The notes under the pieces: generated by a model
The model's input: only the letters and a program-made list of their open reading frames with translations
Databases searched by the model: none
Told to the model about the DNA's origin: nothing
Shown here: positions 14,787 through 29,846 of the stretch, piece by piece
Position numbering within the stretch: the stretch's first letter is position 1
How the letters are laid out: each line of letters opens with the position of its first letter
NCBI GenBank assembly: GCA_963693365.1
Contig: CAVNZM010000017.1
Location: 3,639,375-3,703,374, forward strand
Direction of reading: 5' to 3'
Origin: Amoebidium appalachense
Lineage: Eukaryota > Protista > Ichthyosporea
Length of the DNA: 64,000 bases
Position numbers and translations under genes: made by a program

Positions 14787-15487
14787 CTCGGTGTGTGTGT
14801 GTAGGGGGGGGGGGAGGGGGGGGGAGGGAAAGGGGAAGAGCGGGTTGGGGGGTTGGTTTTGTTGGTAGGAGCTATTTATTGGCTTTGGTGCATAGTGCGA
14901 GGTCTGGGTTCTGGGGCCCATAGTGCACCACATAGGCAGGGCAGGCTTTGCACTGGTTAGACTGAAAAGGCCTTATGAGGGTCGGCAGCCGGGTGACCAT
15001 AGATGTGATGTTGCCTTTTTCAGTTTGGGGGTGATCATGATGGGGGGGAAGGGAATGTGCTGTTTATTACAGACATGTCGATGAGCTGTGATGAGTTGTT
15101 GGTACCAAGGGAGGCCAACAGTAGGCCTACTTCGTTTTACATATGTAAAACGATGTTACACTAACATTAGCGCGCGCTCCTAGTTGCATTGGCGATAGTC
15201 TACTCTGTGTTACGTCACCCTTTCTGTGTCTCTTGCTGGCTCAATCACTAAACTAATTTACAAGCGGTGACAACAGTTAGACTGTGAGCCCTGTCGGTTA
15301 CGTATTCCTGTCACCTCAAAATGTTTTCAGCCTCTGGCCAGGTATACGTAGCGAACCAATTCTATTACGTGAGTCTTCGCTACACACGCTCGTACTAGAG
15401 TGACGGCTTGCCTGTGTATAGAGACTTCAGGCTAGGTCTACTGAGGGCAGACAACACCACAGACTTTCACCCACCCACCTACGCACC

Positions 15488-17597
15488 ATGGCCCGCCAGC
15501 TGCTGCTGCTGCTGCTTGGTGCTGTGCTGTGTGCGGCCGGCTCTGTGACGGTGCTGACGGACGCCAGCTTCGAGCACAGCACACAGGCCGCCACGGGAGC
15601 GACCACCGGTGACTGGCTGGTGCACTTGTGCGCACCTCCCCCCCACCCAAGCCCGGGGCCTGCCCCCTGCTGACCCCACCACCCCCCAGCCACCGCGGGG
15701 CTTGCAGCACGTGCCGCAATGTCGACACAGCCCTGGACAAGCTGGCCCCGGCCTTTGCCCGGTATGTAGGGGGGGGGAAGGGGGGGGCGGAGGGTGGGGG
15801 GGCGGGGAGGGGGGGGGGGGAGGGAGAGAGCCAACTGACCAGTGGAAGCAGGGGCCAGACACGTGTGCAGTTTGCTCGTGTCGACTGCAGTGGAGACGGC
15901 AAAGGTAAGGCGCCAGGCCGGGTGTGTATTGGGGGAGGGGGGAGTGAAGGGGGGAGGGGGGGGGGGGGGGAGGAAGGGGGTACTGACTGTGAAGGGCTAC
16001 AGAAACGTGCAAGCGGTTTGACGTCACCAGCTACCCCACTGTGCTCTTGTAAGTGAAGGGCGGGGGGGGGGGGGGGGGGGGGGGGAGGGGGAGAGGGGAG
16101 GGGGGAAGGGGGGGGGGGGGGGGGGGGGCTAGGTGTGTTTCCGTACTCATCGTGAAGGCAAATTTCTGACGTTGCAATGCAGGCCACCTACTAAATCTAG
16201 ATCTTGGTGCATGTGTGTGAGGGTACCAGTCACTTACTAGTCTTGCTGTATGCATGAGGATCACTTTCTAGATCTTGCTGCACTCATGAGGGTCACTTTC
16301 TAGATCTTGGCACACGTGGTGCATGCGTGAGGGTCGCTTTCAAGATCTTGGTGTATGCTTGAGGGTCACTTTGCAGTAGGCTGGTGTATGCATGAGGGTC
16401 ACTTTCTAGACCTTGGTGCATGCATGAGGTCACTTTGCAGATCTTAGTGTATGCATGAAGGTCACTTTCTAGATCTTGGTGCGTGCATTAGGTTCACTTT
16501 GCAGATCTTAGTGTATGCATGAAGGTCACTTTCTTGATGTTGGTGCATGCATGAGGGTCACTTTGCAGATCTTGGTGTGTGCATGAGGGTCACCTTCTAG
16601 ATCTTAGTTTATGGTGTTGTGTGTAGCAGCCAAGCACATTGGCATGCTGCTGCTGAGTGCCACGAACGTGGTCAAGAGGACACTGAGCAGCACAGACCTT
16701 GTGTTTCGTTGGGTGGGGGTGAGGGGGTGGGTGTGGGGCAGAGAGCAGACAGAGGGAGGCAGGGACCCTGACCGGTGCCTTGTGTCTGCAGGCTGCATCA
16801 GGGCCGTGTGCACGCCCTCAAGGCCAGCCCGACCGAGGCAGCCCTGCAGGCCTTTGCAAAGGGCGGATGGAGGGACACCCCCAGCAGCCCCGTGCCTCCG
16901 CCCCCGGCCTGGTGGTGGGTGGGCCAGGTGTGGGGGGGGGGCTGTGCGGGGTTGGAAGGCTGACCAGCGCACATGTACAGGGCCCAGTTGCTGGGCCAGC
17001 TGCGGGCACGGGCCGAGGGGCTGCTTGCAGAGTACCAGGTGGACAGGCACATGAAGGACTATCAGGTGAGGCCAAGGGGGGACTAATTTACCAACGGCAA
17101 TGGTTTTGTCAGGATATCTTGTAATACCAGGGGTTGTATTATTTGAAATTTGTGAAGACACCCTTTATTTTGCATGTGGAAGAACCACTTATTCAAGTCT
17201 TACATTCGGTTATTATACAGGCCCCCATAGGTAAGCAGGGCTTCATATGTTACTTGGAGGACAAGAGTAACCATTCATATTCTTTCACGTAAAAACAACC
17301 TTGTTGTGATATGACATTAGAATATACGGTAGGGGCCTATTTACTTGCTACGAATGACCATACGGCACCTATGTACGCCTATTGATGTCCTGTTGCTTGA
17401 TAGCAAATATAATCACACATCTAGGCCGTATTGCCTCGCCTGTTGGGTGCTCACATGGCCACACATTGCAGGCACTGCTCAACAGCAAGCCGCTGCCCCT
17501 GATCCTGACGTTCTTCGGGGGGTTCACCCTGGGCGCCCTGGTGCTGCTCTTCCTGTACATCCTGTGTGCCGGCGGGCCCAAGCCCCACGCCGACTAG
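15488..17597 (+). CDS. Thioredoxin-domain transmembrane protein (TMX/PDI-like), multi-exon
   Basis: Signal peptide; LTDASFEH..GDWLVHF|HRGACSTC (CxxC); FARVDC; CKRFDVTSYPT; C-terminal TM segment LILTFFGGFTLGALVLLFLYIL; stop TAG at 17595-17597. Confidence 0.85.
16195..16606. repeat. Intronic minisatellite, 32-bp unit, ~12-13 copies
   Basis: Unit AGATCTTGGTGCATGCATGAGGGTCACTTT(CT/GC). Confidence 0.9.
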
Positions 17598-20584
17598 TCA
17601 CACCAGCAACTGCAGCTGGCCCGTGTCCCAGCCCACCACGGTCTGCCCGTGCAGCCCCAGCACCCGCAGCACACTCACACTGCCCCGGCCCTCCCCGCCC
17701 AGCCGCACGCTGGCCTCCCCGCCCTGCTGCTGCGCCCACCATCAGCAAATATATGCCACCAGGCCTGGTGCTTGGCACCCATGAAACATGTGTGTGTGTG
17801 TGCCTGTGTGTGCATAGGCACATGCCTGGTCCGTAGCCGAATGCAGCAGCAGGCGGCCACTTGGGGTTGCTGTGACCACCGAGCGCCTCCACACGTCAAA
17901 GCAGGCCACAGCCTCCCCGTGCCCTGTGGCCCCTGTCAGTAGGCTGCAGGCCCACCAAGGCATGTGTGTCATGCAAGCAAGTGTTGCAGGTCTCACAAGG
18001 GCACCACGTGCCGACTTTCATTGGACGACCATGGCCGCCCCGGGTGCACAACATGGCAAGTACGACTTGCAATCAATAACATGAGGAGTAAAACTGTCAG
18101 CCTGACCGATAATAGTTAACGGCATAGTAGAACACCAAGCAATGCTGGGGCAGTGGCAGTGCACTACCAGCATGCAAATCAACCACCACACATGGTGATG
18201 TCGATCATTCACCGTGAAGCCCAACACCAGGTGCCACCAAGCCACGCCTAACGTGGGCCCCTATTCACCTGCTTTAAACCACCTCCATTAACATGGGCCC
18301 ACCTATTACAAACCACCTCTAGTAACATGGGCCCACCTATTACAAACCACCTCTAGTAACATGGGCCCACCAGCTATAAACCACCTCTAGTAACATGGGC
18401 CCACCAGCTATAAACCACCTCTAGTAACATGGGCCCACCAGCTATAAACCACCTCTAGTAACATAGGCCCACCTGTTATAAACCACCTCCAATAACATGG
18501 GCCCACCTGCTATGCGCTGCTGCAGGTGGCCCGTAGCCACATCCCACAGGGCCAGGCTGTGGTCGCTGGACGATGTGGCCAGCTGGTGCTCACTCACGGC
18601 CCCCGCCTGCAGCCATCAGTCAGCCCGGTATGACGGGAAAAGAGGGGATAGTTGTGTTACAGAGTCTACAAAATATACATTCACGAAGGACAACACTACA
18701 GCTAGATTCTGAAGAAAATAAGCACCGGGGGAGGGGGAGGGGGCAGGGGGGGGGGGGGGAGGGGGGGGGGGGGGGGGGGCACACACGTGAGTGATGTCTG
18801 TGTCGTGGGCGCGCCAGGCGCCCAGCAGCAGGCCCGTGCGCATGTCCAGCACCCCCACGTGGCCGGCCCCAAATGCCGCCGCCAGCCAGCTGCCCCCGCT
18901 GTGTGCCGCCAAGCTGCGGATGCTGCTGCCTGGGCCTAGCAGTGCCCGCCACTCGTGGCAGGCCGTGCCCGTGCGCACATCAAACACCCTGCCCACATGT
19001 CAGGATAGACCTCCTCCATTATCCCCCCCCCCCCCCCTCCCCCCTGGCCCACCTTACGGTGCCATCGGCCGTGGCTGCAGCCAGGGCCCTGCATGCCAGC
19101 AGGGGCAGCAGGGGGCCCATGGGGTGGCGGCCAGGCTCGTGCCGTGCAATGGTCTGCTGGGTGGCCAGTGCCCACAGCTGCAGGCCCCCATCACACGATG
19201 CAGCCAGGCCTCCCCCAGGCAGGGCCACGTCCAGCACGGGCCGGCGGTGGGCGCTGTATGTGGCCTGGGCCGTGGCTGGGCCGGGCCGGCAGCCAGCCAG
19301 CCGCCACAGCCGCACCGTGCGGTCTCGGCTGGCGCTGGCCATCAGGCCCTCCCCGTCGGCAACAGCAAGCCCACGGATGGCCCCCGTGTGCCCTGCCCGG
19401 CATGTTAGCGCCACACCCACCCGGACTGCACAAGCACACACGTGACTGGCGATGGGCCCCAAACAAATACTATGGGCCAAGGCTGGTGCCTTGTGACCTT
19501 GCTAAGGCCCAAGGCCACTAGACAGGATGCAGAACACCACGAAATCAAGCCCTTGTAGCATGGGGGGATACTGGTTATTCGTAAGGCATAAATCCTATTT
19601 GGCATCCTTGCATGTAAATATGAGTACATAAAAATGAATACAAATTTGCAAATAAGTGGTGCTTGGTGGTGCGAACACCCAATCAAAAACCACCACTTTC
19701 AGTCCATCAGAACAGTCACATCATATAACAGTGGTCCCATATGCGGGCAATGGCTCCCACGCTGCACGGTGCCTATCCATTGAGAAATGCAAGAGTGGCT
19801 GGCGTGAGATGCAGCAGCCCTCTAGAGTCACATGAGTCATGCATGGACTGACATAAAAATAGCTAACCCCATGTGGTTGCTGACAGCAGCCTGCAGGTCT
19901 GATCTTGCGCCAACATGCACAGTAGATAGCCAGACACTAAACTGCCCCTGTATGCTGTTCTACCCGCGAGGAGGAGGAGGAGGAAGAGGGAGGTGGGGGA
20001 AAGGGGGAGGGGGGGGATGGGGGGGGCAGTTACCCAGCATGTTGCAGACTGGCCTGGAGGGAAGCACCAGGCTGCTGCCTGGCCCCGTGGCCTCTGTGCC
20101 CATCAGTGCTCAGCTTGTGCCCCCCCTCCCCCCTCCCCCCCTCCCCCCCCCCCTCCCCCCCCCTCCCTCTCGATTCCCAGGTCCAGGACACGTACGGGCC
20201 TGTGTCTCCAGATACTGCTCCCAGGCCAAAGCCAGACCTTGCCTGCCCCACACGGTTACTCCTAACCCCATCCTCCCCACCCTCCCCCCCTCCCCCCTCC
20301 CCACCCCCCCCCCCCCCCCCCCCCCTCCCCTCCTTTGGTGTGCTGTGACTCACGCTTGGCTATCGGCCATGTCTGCTGGCCCTTGTGGTGGCCGTGTGCT
20401 GCCTGCTGACCCTCTGGACCCACACACAATAAGCCCAGTCCCGACCCCAGCCCCCTTTCCGCTCTACCCACTCCTTCCCCCCCCCCCCCCCCCCCCCCCC
20501 CACCACCACCACCACCACCACCACCCAACCACCACAACCATTACACACACACACACCACACACACATGCACACACACACACACA

Positions 20585-20662
<78 letters not shown>

Positions 20663-23409
20663 CACACACGGGGTTCCCACCAACCACTGCCACACCCACC
20701 TTGCTGTGCTCTGGCCCCCTGCCCACTCTTGGCTCTGCCTGCCACCCACCAGGTGGCAAGTCACATCCACACCCAGCGCCTGGAAAGACACTTAGCCTCC
20801 CCCCCCCCCCCCCCCCCCCCCTCTTTGGAGGCAGGGCACCTGCTGTGCCGCCCTGCAGACACTGGAGGAGTCACCCCTGCAGGGCACCAACCTCCATTAG
20901 TGCACACACAGGCAATATGGGCCCTGATTGCACACACACTGTGGCTGCACATGCACAGCTAAAACAGAGGCCATGGACAGCTGCTGGATGCATGCGGAAG
21001 GAATGGAAGAATCATGTTTTCATCCGACGAGGGCTGACTGGTGTGCACAGCGTCATGCAAACCCGCCCAGCCACTGCCAAGCCACCACCCTTGGTCGGTA
21101 TCCACCCACCTACTCAACAAGGCCAGTGTCTATGCACACACTGACAATCCATTGTAGGTGTGGATTCAGCCACAAAGGGAAGAAGGGGAACCTAAGCACG
21201 AAGAACACCCCACAAGTGCCGTGCAGCTAGATTGATAGCGCAATAATCTGGGGCCACCATCCTGCCACCCCACCCCCCTGGCCGTACCCAGCAGCAAAGT
21301 AGGCCTCCACACACGGCCCCACTGCTGTCCGTGCCTGCTCGGTGCCAGCTGCCGGCCAGGTGGTTAGCACACAGCCACCTTGCATTATAAGGTTATCTTG
21401 CCTGTGTGCGGGTATCTTACACGTTTGCTGCTAATATCTTCCAAAAATCTGCATAGTTTCCGTGCACACCAAATATGTAATTCAACTAATTGACTCGTGC
21501 AGTGGTGGAACAGCTGGTGTGCATCCTGATGATTATCTGCTTGTGTGTTTGTGTGCATGCTGGTGTTTATCTGCTTGTGTGTTTGTGTGCATGCTGGTGT
21601 TTATCTGCTTGTGTGTTTGTGTGCATGCTGATGTTTATCTGCTTGTGTGTTTGTGTGCATGCTGGTGTTTATCTGCTTGTGTGTTTGTGTGCATGCTGAT
21701 ATTTATCTGCTTGCGTGTTTGTGTGCATGCTGATATTTATCTGCTTGCGTGTTTGTGTGCATGCTGGTGTTTATCTGCTTGCGTGTTTGTGTGCATGCTG
21801 ATATTTGTCTGCTTATGTGTTTGTGTATGTTGATATTTATCTGCTTATGTGTTTGTGTATGTTGATATTTATCTGCTTATGTGTTTGTGTGCATGCTGAT
21901 GTTTATCTGCTTGTGTGTTTGTGTGCATGCTAATATTTATCTGCTTGTGTGTTTGTGTGCATGCTGGTGTTCATCTGCTTGCGTGTTTGTGTGCATGCTG
22001 ATGTTCATCTGCTTGCGTGTTTGTGTGCATGCTGGTGTTTATCTGCTTGCGTGTTTGTGTGCATGCTGATGTTCATCTGCTTGCGTGTTTGTGTGCATGC
22101 TGGTGTTTATCTGCTTGCGTGTTTGTGTGCATGCTGGTGTTTATCTGCTTGCGTGTTTGTGTGCATGCTGGTGTTTATCTGCTTGTGTGTTTGTGTGCAT
22201 GCTGATATTTATCTGCTTGCGTGTTTGTGTGCATGCTGATATTTATCTGCTTGCGTGTTTGTGTGCATGCTGGTGTTTATCTGCTTGCGTGTTTGTGTGC
22301 ATGCTGATATTTGTCTGCTTATGTGTTTGTGTGCATGCTGATATTTATCTGCTTATGTGTTTGTGTATGCTGATATTTATCTGCTTTTGTGTTTGTGTGC
22401 ATGCTGATGTTTATCTGCTTGTGTGTTTGTGTGCATGCTAATATTTATCTGCTTGTGTGTTTGTGTGCATGCTGGTGTTCATCTGCTTGTGTGTTTGTGT
22501 GCATGCTGATGTTTATCTGCTTGCGTGTTTGTGTGCATGCTGGTGTTTATCTGCTTGCGTGTTTGTGTGCATGCTGGTGTTTATCTGCTTGTGTGTTTGT
22601 GTGCATGCTGGTGTTTATCTGCTTGTGTGTTTGTGTGCGTGCTGATATTTATCTGCTTGTGTGTTTGTGTGCATGGGCTGATGTTTATCTGCTTGTGTGT
22701 TTGTGTGCATGCTGGTGTTTATCTGCTTGTGTGTTTGTGTGCATGCTGATGTTTATCTGCTTGTGTGTTTGTGTGCATGCTGATGTTTATCTGCTTATGT
22801 GTTTGTGTGCATGCTGATTGGTGTGATATTGTTGCACAGCTCAAAACACCAATTAGCACGCACACAAAGGCCAAATCAAAAGCCACCAGTCATAATCCGT
22901 GCACGGCCTATGCATGGCCAAGCAAGCACACCCACATGCCCAGCACCCCCCTCACACATAGGCCAACCCACCAGCCCCTGCTGCCTCCATCAGCATCAGC
23001 ACTGCCTGCTCACACTCTGCACTCTGTGCCCCCTGCAGCCCCCCTCAGTCACCACCCAGCACCAACACCTCCCCCCCCCCCCCCCCCCCCCCCTTCACAC
23101 ACACCATTGTATTTAGCACGGGCAGCACTATGCCCCCAGCCAGCATGCCCACACAGGCAGCCAGCTGGGCAGGATCAGCAGCAAGAAGCTGCACGGCCTC
23201 AGCACACAGGCGGCGGCCCTGGCTGGTGGGGTCACTGCGCCTCAGCATGGCTGCCAGCCTGGGCACGTAGACCGTGCAGGCCAGCACGGGCCCAAAGTGC
23301 CGCCCCAGCAGCCCCAGCACATGCACGGCCAGGGGGCCACCCTCTCGCCCCAGGCGCCGCAGCAGTGCCCGCGCCATGCAGCGTGCTGCCCCAGCCATGT
23401 CAGCCACAG

Positions 23410-23447
<38 letters not shown>

Positions 23448-26400
23448 CTCCCCCCTCCCCCCTTAAACGCACCGGCCACCACGGGGCCCAGGGCCTCGAC
23501 CAGGGCACACAGGCCGTCCGCAGCAGCCTGGGCCACATTATGGTGGGGGCTGGCCAGGCCATCCGTGTAGAAGGCTAGAAAGTGGGCCAGGAAGTAGCCC
23601 ACCCCAAAGTGGCCCAGCGCAGCCACGGCAAAGTCCGCACCAAGCAGCCCAACCTGGGGAGGCATAGGGTTCAGGCCCAATGCTTGCTGGGGCCCAATTG
23701 GCATGGACAGAAACTAACTGCCCTGACTGTTGCTTGGCAGTCAAGAGTAATGTGATGGCAGCCCAGCAGTACTGCCCCCTGACAATATCCCGCATAGTGT
23801 TCCGACCCAAACGTTGTAAATGATCCCACACAAACCTCACCAAACCAGGTGTGTTTTCAGGCCCCTCTACCATTATGCACGTGCAGTGAACATGGGGCTG
23901 GCCCACACCTGCAGGGGCTGGTCTGTGTGGCGCTCAAAGAGCCCAAACAGGGGCTTGACCAGGTGCTGCCGTGTGCGGTGCTCCCCCAGCCCTGCAGCCA
24001 TGCCCAGCACCAGCTCCGCTACCCCCACCAGTAAGCACTTGTCCATCCCCCGCCCCCCCCCCCCCCCCCCCCCCCCCCTCATGTGTCAGCATACGTGCGG
24101 CATGGCTGGCCCGTGTGCTTGTTGCCACTGCCAGCAGGGCAGGCAGCAGCAGCTGCACCCCCTCGTCATCCAGGGTGGCCAATAGCCCACAGGCCCCATG
24201 CGCCAGCCCCACCTGCTGGTCTGCACTGCAGCTGTTGAGCCCTGCTAGCAGCTGTGGCCCCTGTCAGTGCCTGCATGGCTGCTGGGGGAGAGGGGGGAGG
24301 GGGGGTTGGGGGAGGGTACCTGGTACAGGGTGGGGAAGTATGCAGGGAACACTATGGGTGGGGCGGCACTGCTGTTGCCCAAACATGTGTCTGCTGTTCT
24401 GGGCCCATCCAGCGTGTCCCTGCCCAGGCCTCAGCACCGACCCAGTGTGTACGTTGGCCATGCAGGGGGCCACCTACCCAGCACCCAGCAGCACCAGCAC
24501 GGCCTGGCGCAGGCCCCCAGGCAGCAGGCCCAGATGGGGTCGGCAGGCAGCCACAATGCTGGGGCCCTGCTGCAGTGTCAGCCACCACCCTGCACCCTGC
24601 AGCCAGCACACAGGCACCCACCAGGCCAGGAGGCCCCTGGGGGGCCCACAGCAGGGGGCCCTTTAGGCGGTCGGCAAGGGCCAGCTCGAGGCCCACCACA
24701 CCCAGGCTGTACAGGTCCCCCTTGGGCCCCAGCTGGCGGTCCTCTTGTAGCCCCTACATGGCCCGTCAGCAGTGGCTTATGCCCTTAGAGAAGGTGGCTG
24801 CTATCCCACTATGTACTAGATGGCATGTACAGGGCACAGTGGGGCATGCATGGCACTAATAGGTGTGCTGGGTGGCATGTGCGCACGCTGCATGCTAGTG
24901 TGGGCTTTGCTCGACAGACATAGCAGGCCTGCCATGGCACCTAGCCCAGGGCGCCTTTTTCTTGCTGTGTGGCACACACAGACCACCACCCCTTTCCACC
25001 ACCCACCCACCTGGCTGCTGCCTGCCCTGCCAGCCAGCAGGCCCAGTTGCTCCTGCTGCAGCAGCCGCAGTGCTGGCCCCCAGCCCACACTGGGCCCAGC
25101 GGGGCTTGGGCCAGCAAAGGGCTGGGTGGTTCCGGGGCCTTGGGCCCTGCCTGCGCCCTGCCCCTGCCGTCAATCTATGCCTGGCAGCCACCCCAGGCTG
25201 GCCCTACACAGTGTGCTACCGGCCCATCAGGGGGGCTGGGCCGCTGGGCCGCAGGCAGCAGGGGGTGGGGGCTGGGTAGCACCGTGCTGGGCACAGGGTC
25301 CAGGCCAGGCTCAGAGGATGCCCCACACAGGCGCTGGGAGGGGTAGGTGGGGTCAGTGGCTGCAGGGTGGGTAGCAGGCACAGTGGGGGCAGGCACCTGG
25401 GGGTGTGGGCAGGTGAACAGCTGCACCATGCCGTGGGCCAGCAGGCGGCGGTGGCCATCGACCAGGCCCAGCACCACATTCTTGGCCTTGACGGCGGCAC
25501 GGCCAGACAGGCGGTAGCCAAAGGTCAGGTCGATCCACTGGTGCAGCTGGGCCGACACCTGGTCACTGCATGAATGTCAGCAGGGTATGATTGGGTGGTT
25601 TGTGATCGAGGGCTTGGGTCTAGAGTTCAGTTCTATATACCTTGATCAAATGCTGCCACAATAAGATGGTATTATCCGGTTTTTTTGTTTAAGATTCTTA
25701 TAAGCCACATAAATTTAATTATATGGTCTATGTAATTCTTTGGTTGCGCAGCCACCGGGGTGGGGGGGGGGGGGGGGGGGGGGTTGGGTTGGGCAGGCAG
25801 GGTACCTCTCGAGCAGGCGGGCATGCTTCTCGATAAAGTTCCGAGGAGACGAGCACCAGGGAGGCACCTGCAGGTCGGCCATGTCTGCATGCAGCGACCG
25901 GAACACACTCTCGTCTGCGCGGCACACAGTGAGTACGTGTCTTGTGAATATTTACCTTTCCCCCCTCCCTCCCCCACCACCACCACCCACACACACACAC
26001 ACACACAAACCTCCTCCTCCCCCCCCCCCCCCAAAAAAAAATACACTGCCCCCTCCTTCCCCCCCTTCCCCCCCCTCCCCTCCCCCCCCCCCCCCCCCCC
26101 CCCCCCCTCCCTCCTCCCCCTCCCCACCACCACCACCGCCACCACCACCCCAAACAAGACCCCCACCCGCCCCTCCCCCCCTCCACGACCACCAACACCA
26201 CACCCACCCTTCCGACCACCACCACCACCACCAAAAAAAAAAAAAAAAAAAAAAAAAAAATTAAAAAAAAAAACGCGCGTGGAAAAAAAAATGGGATCTC
26301 CATTTTGCCTATCATTTCTTCCCCCTCATGTCTTTTGATTGTTCTCGTGTCTTCTGTGTGCATGTCAGAGGAGGGTTGGCCGATATCACCAGTGGGCGCA

Positions 26401-28352
26401 GATATCAGTATCACCAAACATGGCACGACACTACAACCCAGCATGGCCGATATCACCCTTGAACTGTAGGCCGTACCCAATATGGCAAGACAATACCTCA
26501 ACCCCAGTGTGCCGTGGCAGGGCTACGCACCTGTGTAGAACTCAGGGATGCACTCGTCTGGGGTCCACTGGTACAGCCGCTCCATGCTGCAAACATGTCA
26601 GCCACCTCCCTCACACCATCAGAGAGGGGGGTGCGGGGGGGGGTGCAGACCTCGAGGGGTACTCGTGGGGCTCGTATCTGGTGCGCACAAAGCGGCACAG
26701 GGTGGGCACGGGTGTGCGGCGGGCCATGTATGTGTAGTAGGTGATCTCGCTGAGTATCTCGGTCAGGTGGTGCGGCGTGCTGCCCTCGTACGCCATGTCC
26801 AGTTGCTCGTCCCCTGCAGATACCCGTCAGTTAAAATAAAATAAAAAGAAGGAAAGAAACGAAAAGAAAAAAAAAAGAAAAAAGGGAATAAAAACGCAGA
26901 AAAGAAAGAAAAAGAAGAAAGACCCCCCTCCCCCCCTTACGCACCCTTTGCCAGGCGGTACTTAGTGCGGGTCAGATCCCGCCAGCCCCCACTGGCCCTC
27001 GTGAAGTCCACCACCCACGGCACCACCGGGTGGAAGTTGGGGTCTCCAGTGCGCCGCCCAGCCTGCGGCCATGGTGAGGTTTAAAAGTCAACAGGGTGGG
27101 GTTTATGATAGGCAACAGGGTGGGATTTATGATAGGCAACAGGGTGGGGTTTAATAGGCAATAGAGCAGGGCCCTACCAGGGTGTTTAGGGCCAGCAGGT
27201 ATGCCAGGTTGCCCACCTCCCCCCGCACCCATCCGGCCAGCAGCTGGGCCACGTCCTCATACACCCCCCACCCGCTGGCCCTTGGCCGCTCGGCCCACCA
27301 GTCCCCCTGCAAAGCCACTCAGTCCTGCACCCACCCCCATCCCTCACCTGACTGGTTGTGGCTGGGAGCACACCATCAGGGCACTGGTAGCCGGGCCAGC
27401 CATGCGCACCCACAGCTGCTGGCTGACCAGCACCCGTGTGGATCGCACGGCACCGTGGGCCAGCCCACGCCGGTGCAGTGGGGCCAGGGCCCTCAGCAGC
27501 TGGTACAGCACAAACAGCTGCCTGCTGGGGGTGGCCAGCAGCGCCGGGCTGAACTTGACGGCATCATGCAGGGTGTATGGGCCGTAGGGCTGCACCACGT
27601 ACCAGGCAAGCGCCCCTTCGGCCCAGCCCAGCAGACCCACACATCCTGGACCTCGGGCCACGGCCGTGCGCAGCAGCTCCTGCCATGTCCCGTCAGCCCA
27701 TGCTCGGTTTTACTCCATTGGGCCCGCAGGCAGGCACAGGGCAGGGCATATACCTCCTCGGTCATTGGCTGGTCGGTGGCTGGTTGGGGTGCTGGGGGTG
27801 GCAGCTCGTCACAGGTGACTGTGGCCAGGGGGGGCAGGCTGCCGTAGTGGGCCTGCAGCATGGCCCCCAGTCTGGCCTGCAGGCCCCGTATTCACCATAG
27901 ATGGGTACGTGTGGCATAGGCACCCAGGATCCAATAGGCCAATAGGAGGAGGGCAAGCAATGGGCCATTGACAGGGTGCAGGGGTGCAGGCTGAAGGTGA
28001 AAGGTGCAAGGAGCATGGCCACTTGTGCACAACATGTGTGTTTATGCTTTTATTTATTTCCTATTTTGCTTTTGTTTCTATCTAATTAATTATTTATTTA
28101 TATATTTATTTATTTATTTATTTGTTTGTTTGTTTTTGTTTTTGTTTTTTTTTTGTGGGGGGGGGGGGGGGGGGAAGGGGTGAGGGTGAATGGCCTTTTG
28201 ACTAAGCAATGTCGGTGGCCAAGCATTCATGCACCTACACCCCATCCATTCCAGAGTCTACCAGCACCTACCGCAATGACCCGGCCATCCCCCAGCCCCT
28301 CTGCCCGGCCGCCATCGCCCTGTGCCCTGCCCCGATGCCCTTAGCCCCTGCC

Positions 28353-28396
<44 letters not shown>

Positions 28397-29808
28397 CACA
28401 CACACACACCCCTGTGGCCGTTGCAGCACCCTCACCACCACACGCACCCAGCCGGGCTCCTGCAGCCATGCTCAGTACTCCAACACCCCCCCCCCCCCCT
28501 CCCCCCTCATGGTGCGCACCCAGTCCAAGGTGTCTGGCCACAGGCCGGCCTGCAGTGATGCCTGCTGGCTGCTGGCCACCTGCACTGCCTGCCACTGGCC
28601 CCGGCCCAGCGCCTGCAGCCACCACACGGGCGCCTGTGCAGTGTGTCAGCACTGCTGCACACATACTCTTGTGTATGTCACTGTGCTCACAATGGTGAGG
28701 AGGGGGGGGGGAGGGGGGAGTCATTCTCCTCCACGCAACGGTAATAATGAAAATGGAAAAAAAAAGTTGGTCAATAGGGCCTGACACATCTTTTGTATCT
28801 CTTTTAAAAGGTCTTATTGCTGTGGCTTTTAAGTTTCTCAAGTTTTCATTTACATTTTTTTGGTTGATGGTTTTTTTCGCAGAATACGACTGGTTAAAGT
28901 AGGTTAGTAATGGCTACTAAGACACCAGCTGAAAATACTTGTAAACAGTCTAAAAACATGATACGTATATTTAATTACCGACGGCTGCAGCGACAGGAGT
29001 CTGAGAGATACAAATGAGTGTCAGGCACTTCTACATGCTCGTTTCTTGCTTGATGTCACCAAGTGTGAGGATGCGTGGGTGCCCCAGGTTATGCTTCTGT
29101 CTTTTTTGGTGTGTATGGAAGGGGGTGTGCATCTTTACTCGTGTGTTTTGTGTGTGCCGTCTGCACCTAAATACAAGCGTCTGTGTGTGTTCGGTGTGTT
29201 GAAGCGTGGGAATATGGGTGTGTGCATAGATGGTGTGACCCCACACCAGTTCGTGTGCACAATTGCAGCCATCACGGAATTGTGTGCTTACTCTCATAGG
29301 TACTCTACTCTGTAGACTTAGATTGACATACTTCTTTTTACGGCTTTAAAGAGGGGAAGATTTGACGATGGTATAAGGTGGCGAATATACCCGATGTTGA
29401 GCCGTGAAACTGCCCAACACAGCAGAACTGAAGGACAGAGAGTGCACACGCTTTTTTTAGACACGCACACTCGATCGTGTCCTCGTATGCCGGCAGGCAA
29501 GGTTTGGCGCAAACAGGCGTGGTCATAGGAGCATAAGTATACACACATACAGGAGGTAAGCAGGCACAAACACACACAGTACCCCACAACCGTGCACATG
29601 CGCATATGAAAGGTTCAATGCATGCTCACTTCTTCACTTCTGTATGTGACCATTGCCCATGCAGGCGGCCATCTAAAAAGTGTTGCGCATGATGTGTAGC
29701 CATTGAAGACACGTGCACAATCCGGTTTGCATATGACACCACCAGGATGCTGTATATGTGTGAACTGCATGCACCCAGGCAGCAGGTGAAGTGAGGTGGC
29801 GCCGGGCG

Positions 29809-29846
<38 letters not shown>

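Noticed and set aside
21518-22818. CRISPR-like array of 34-bp units (also 16.2 and 18.3 kb)
   Set aside because: The units are contiguous with no unique spacers, there are no cas genes, and they lie in eukaryotic introns. These are minisatellites.
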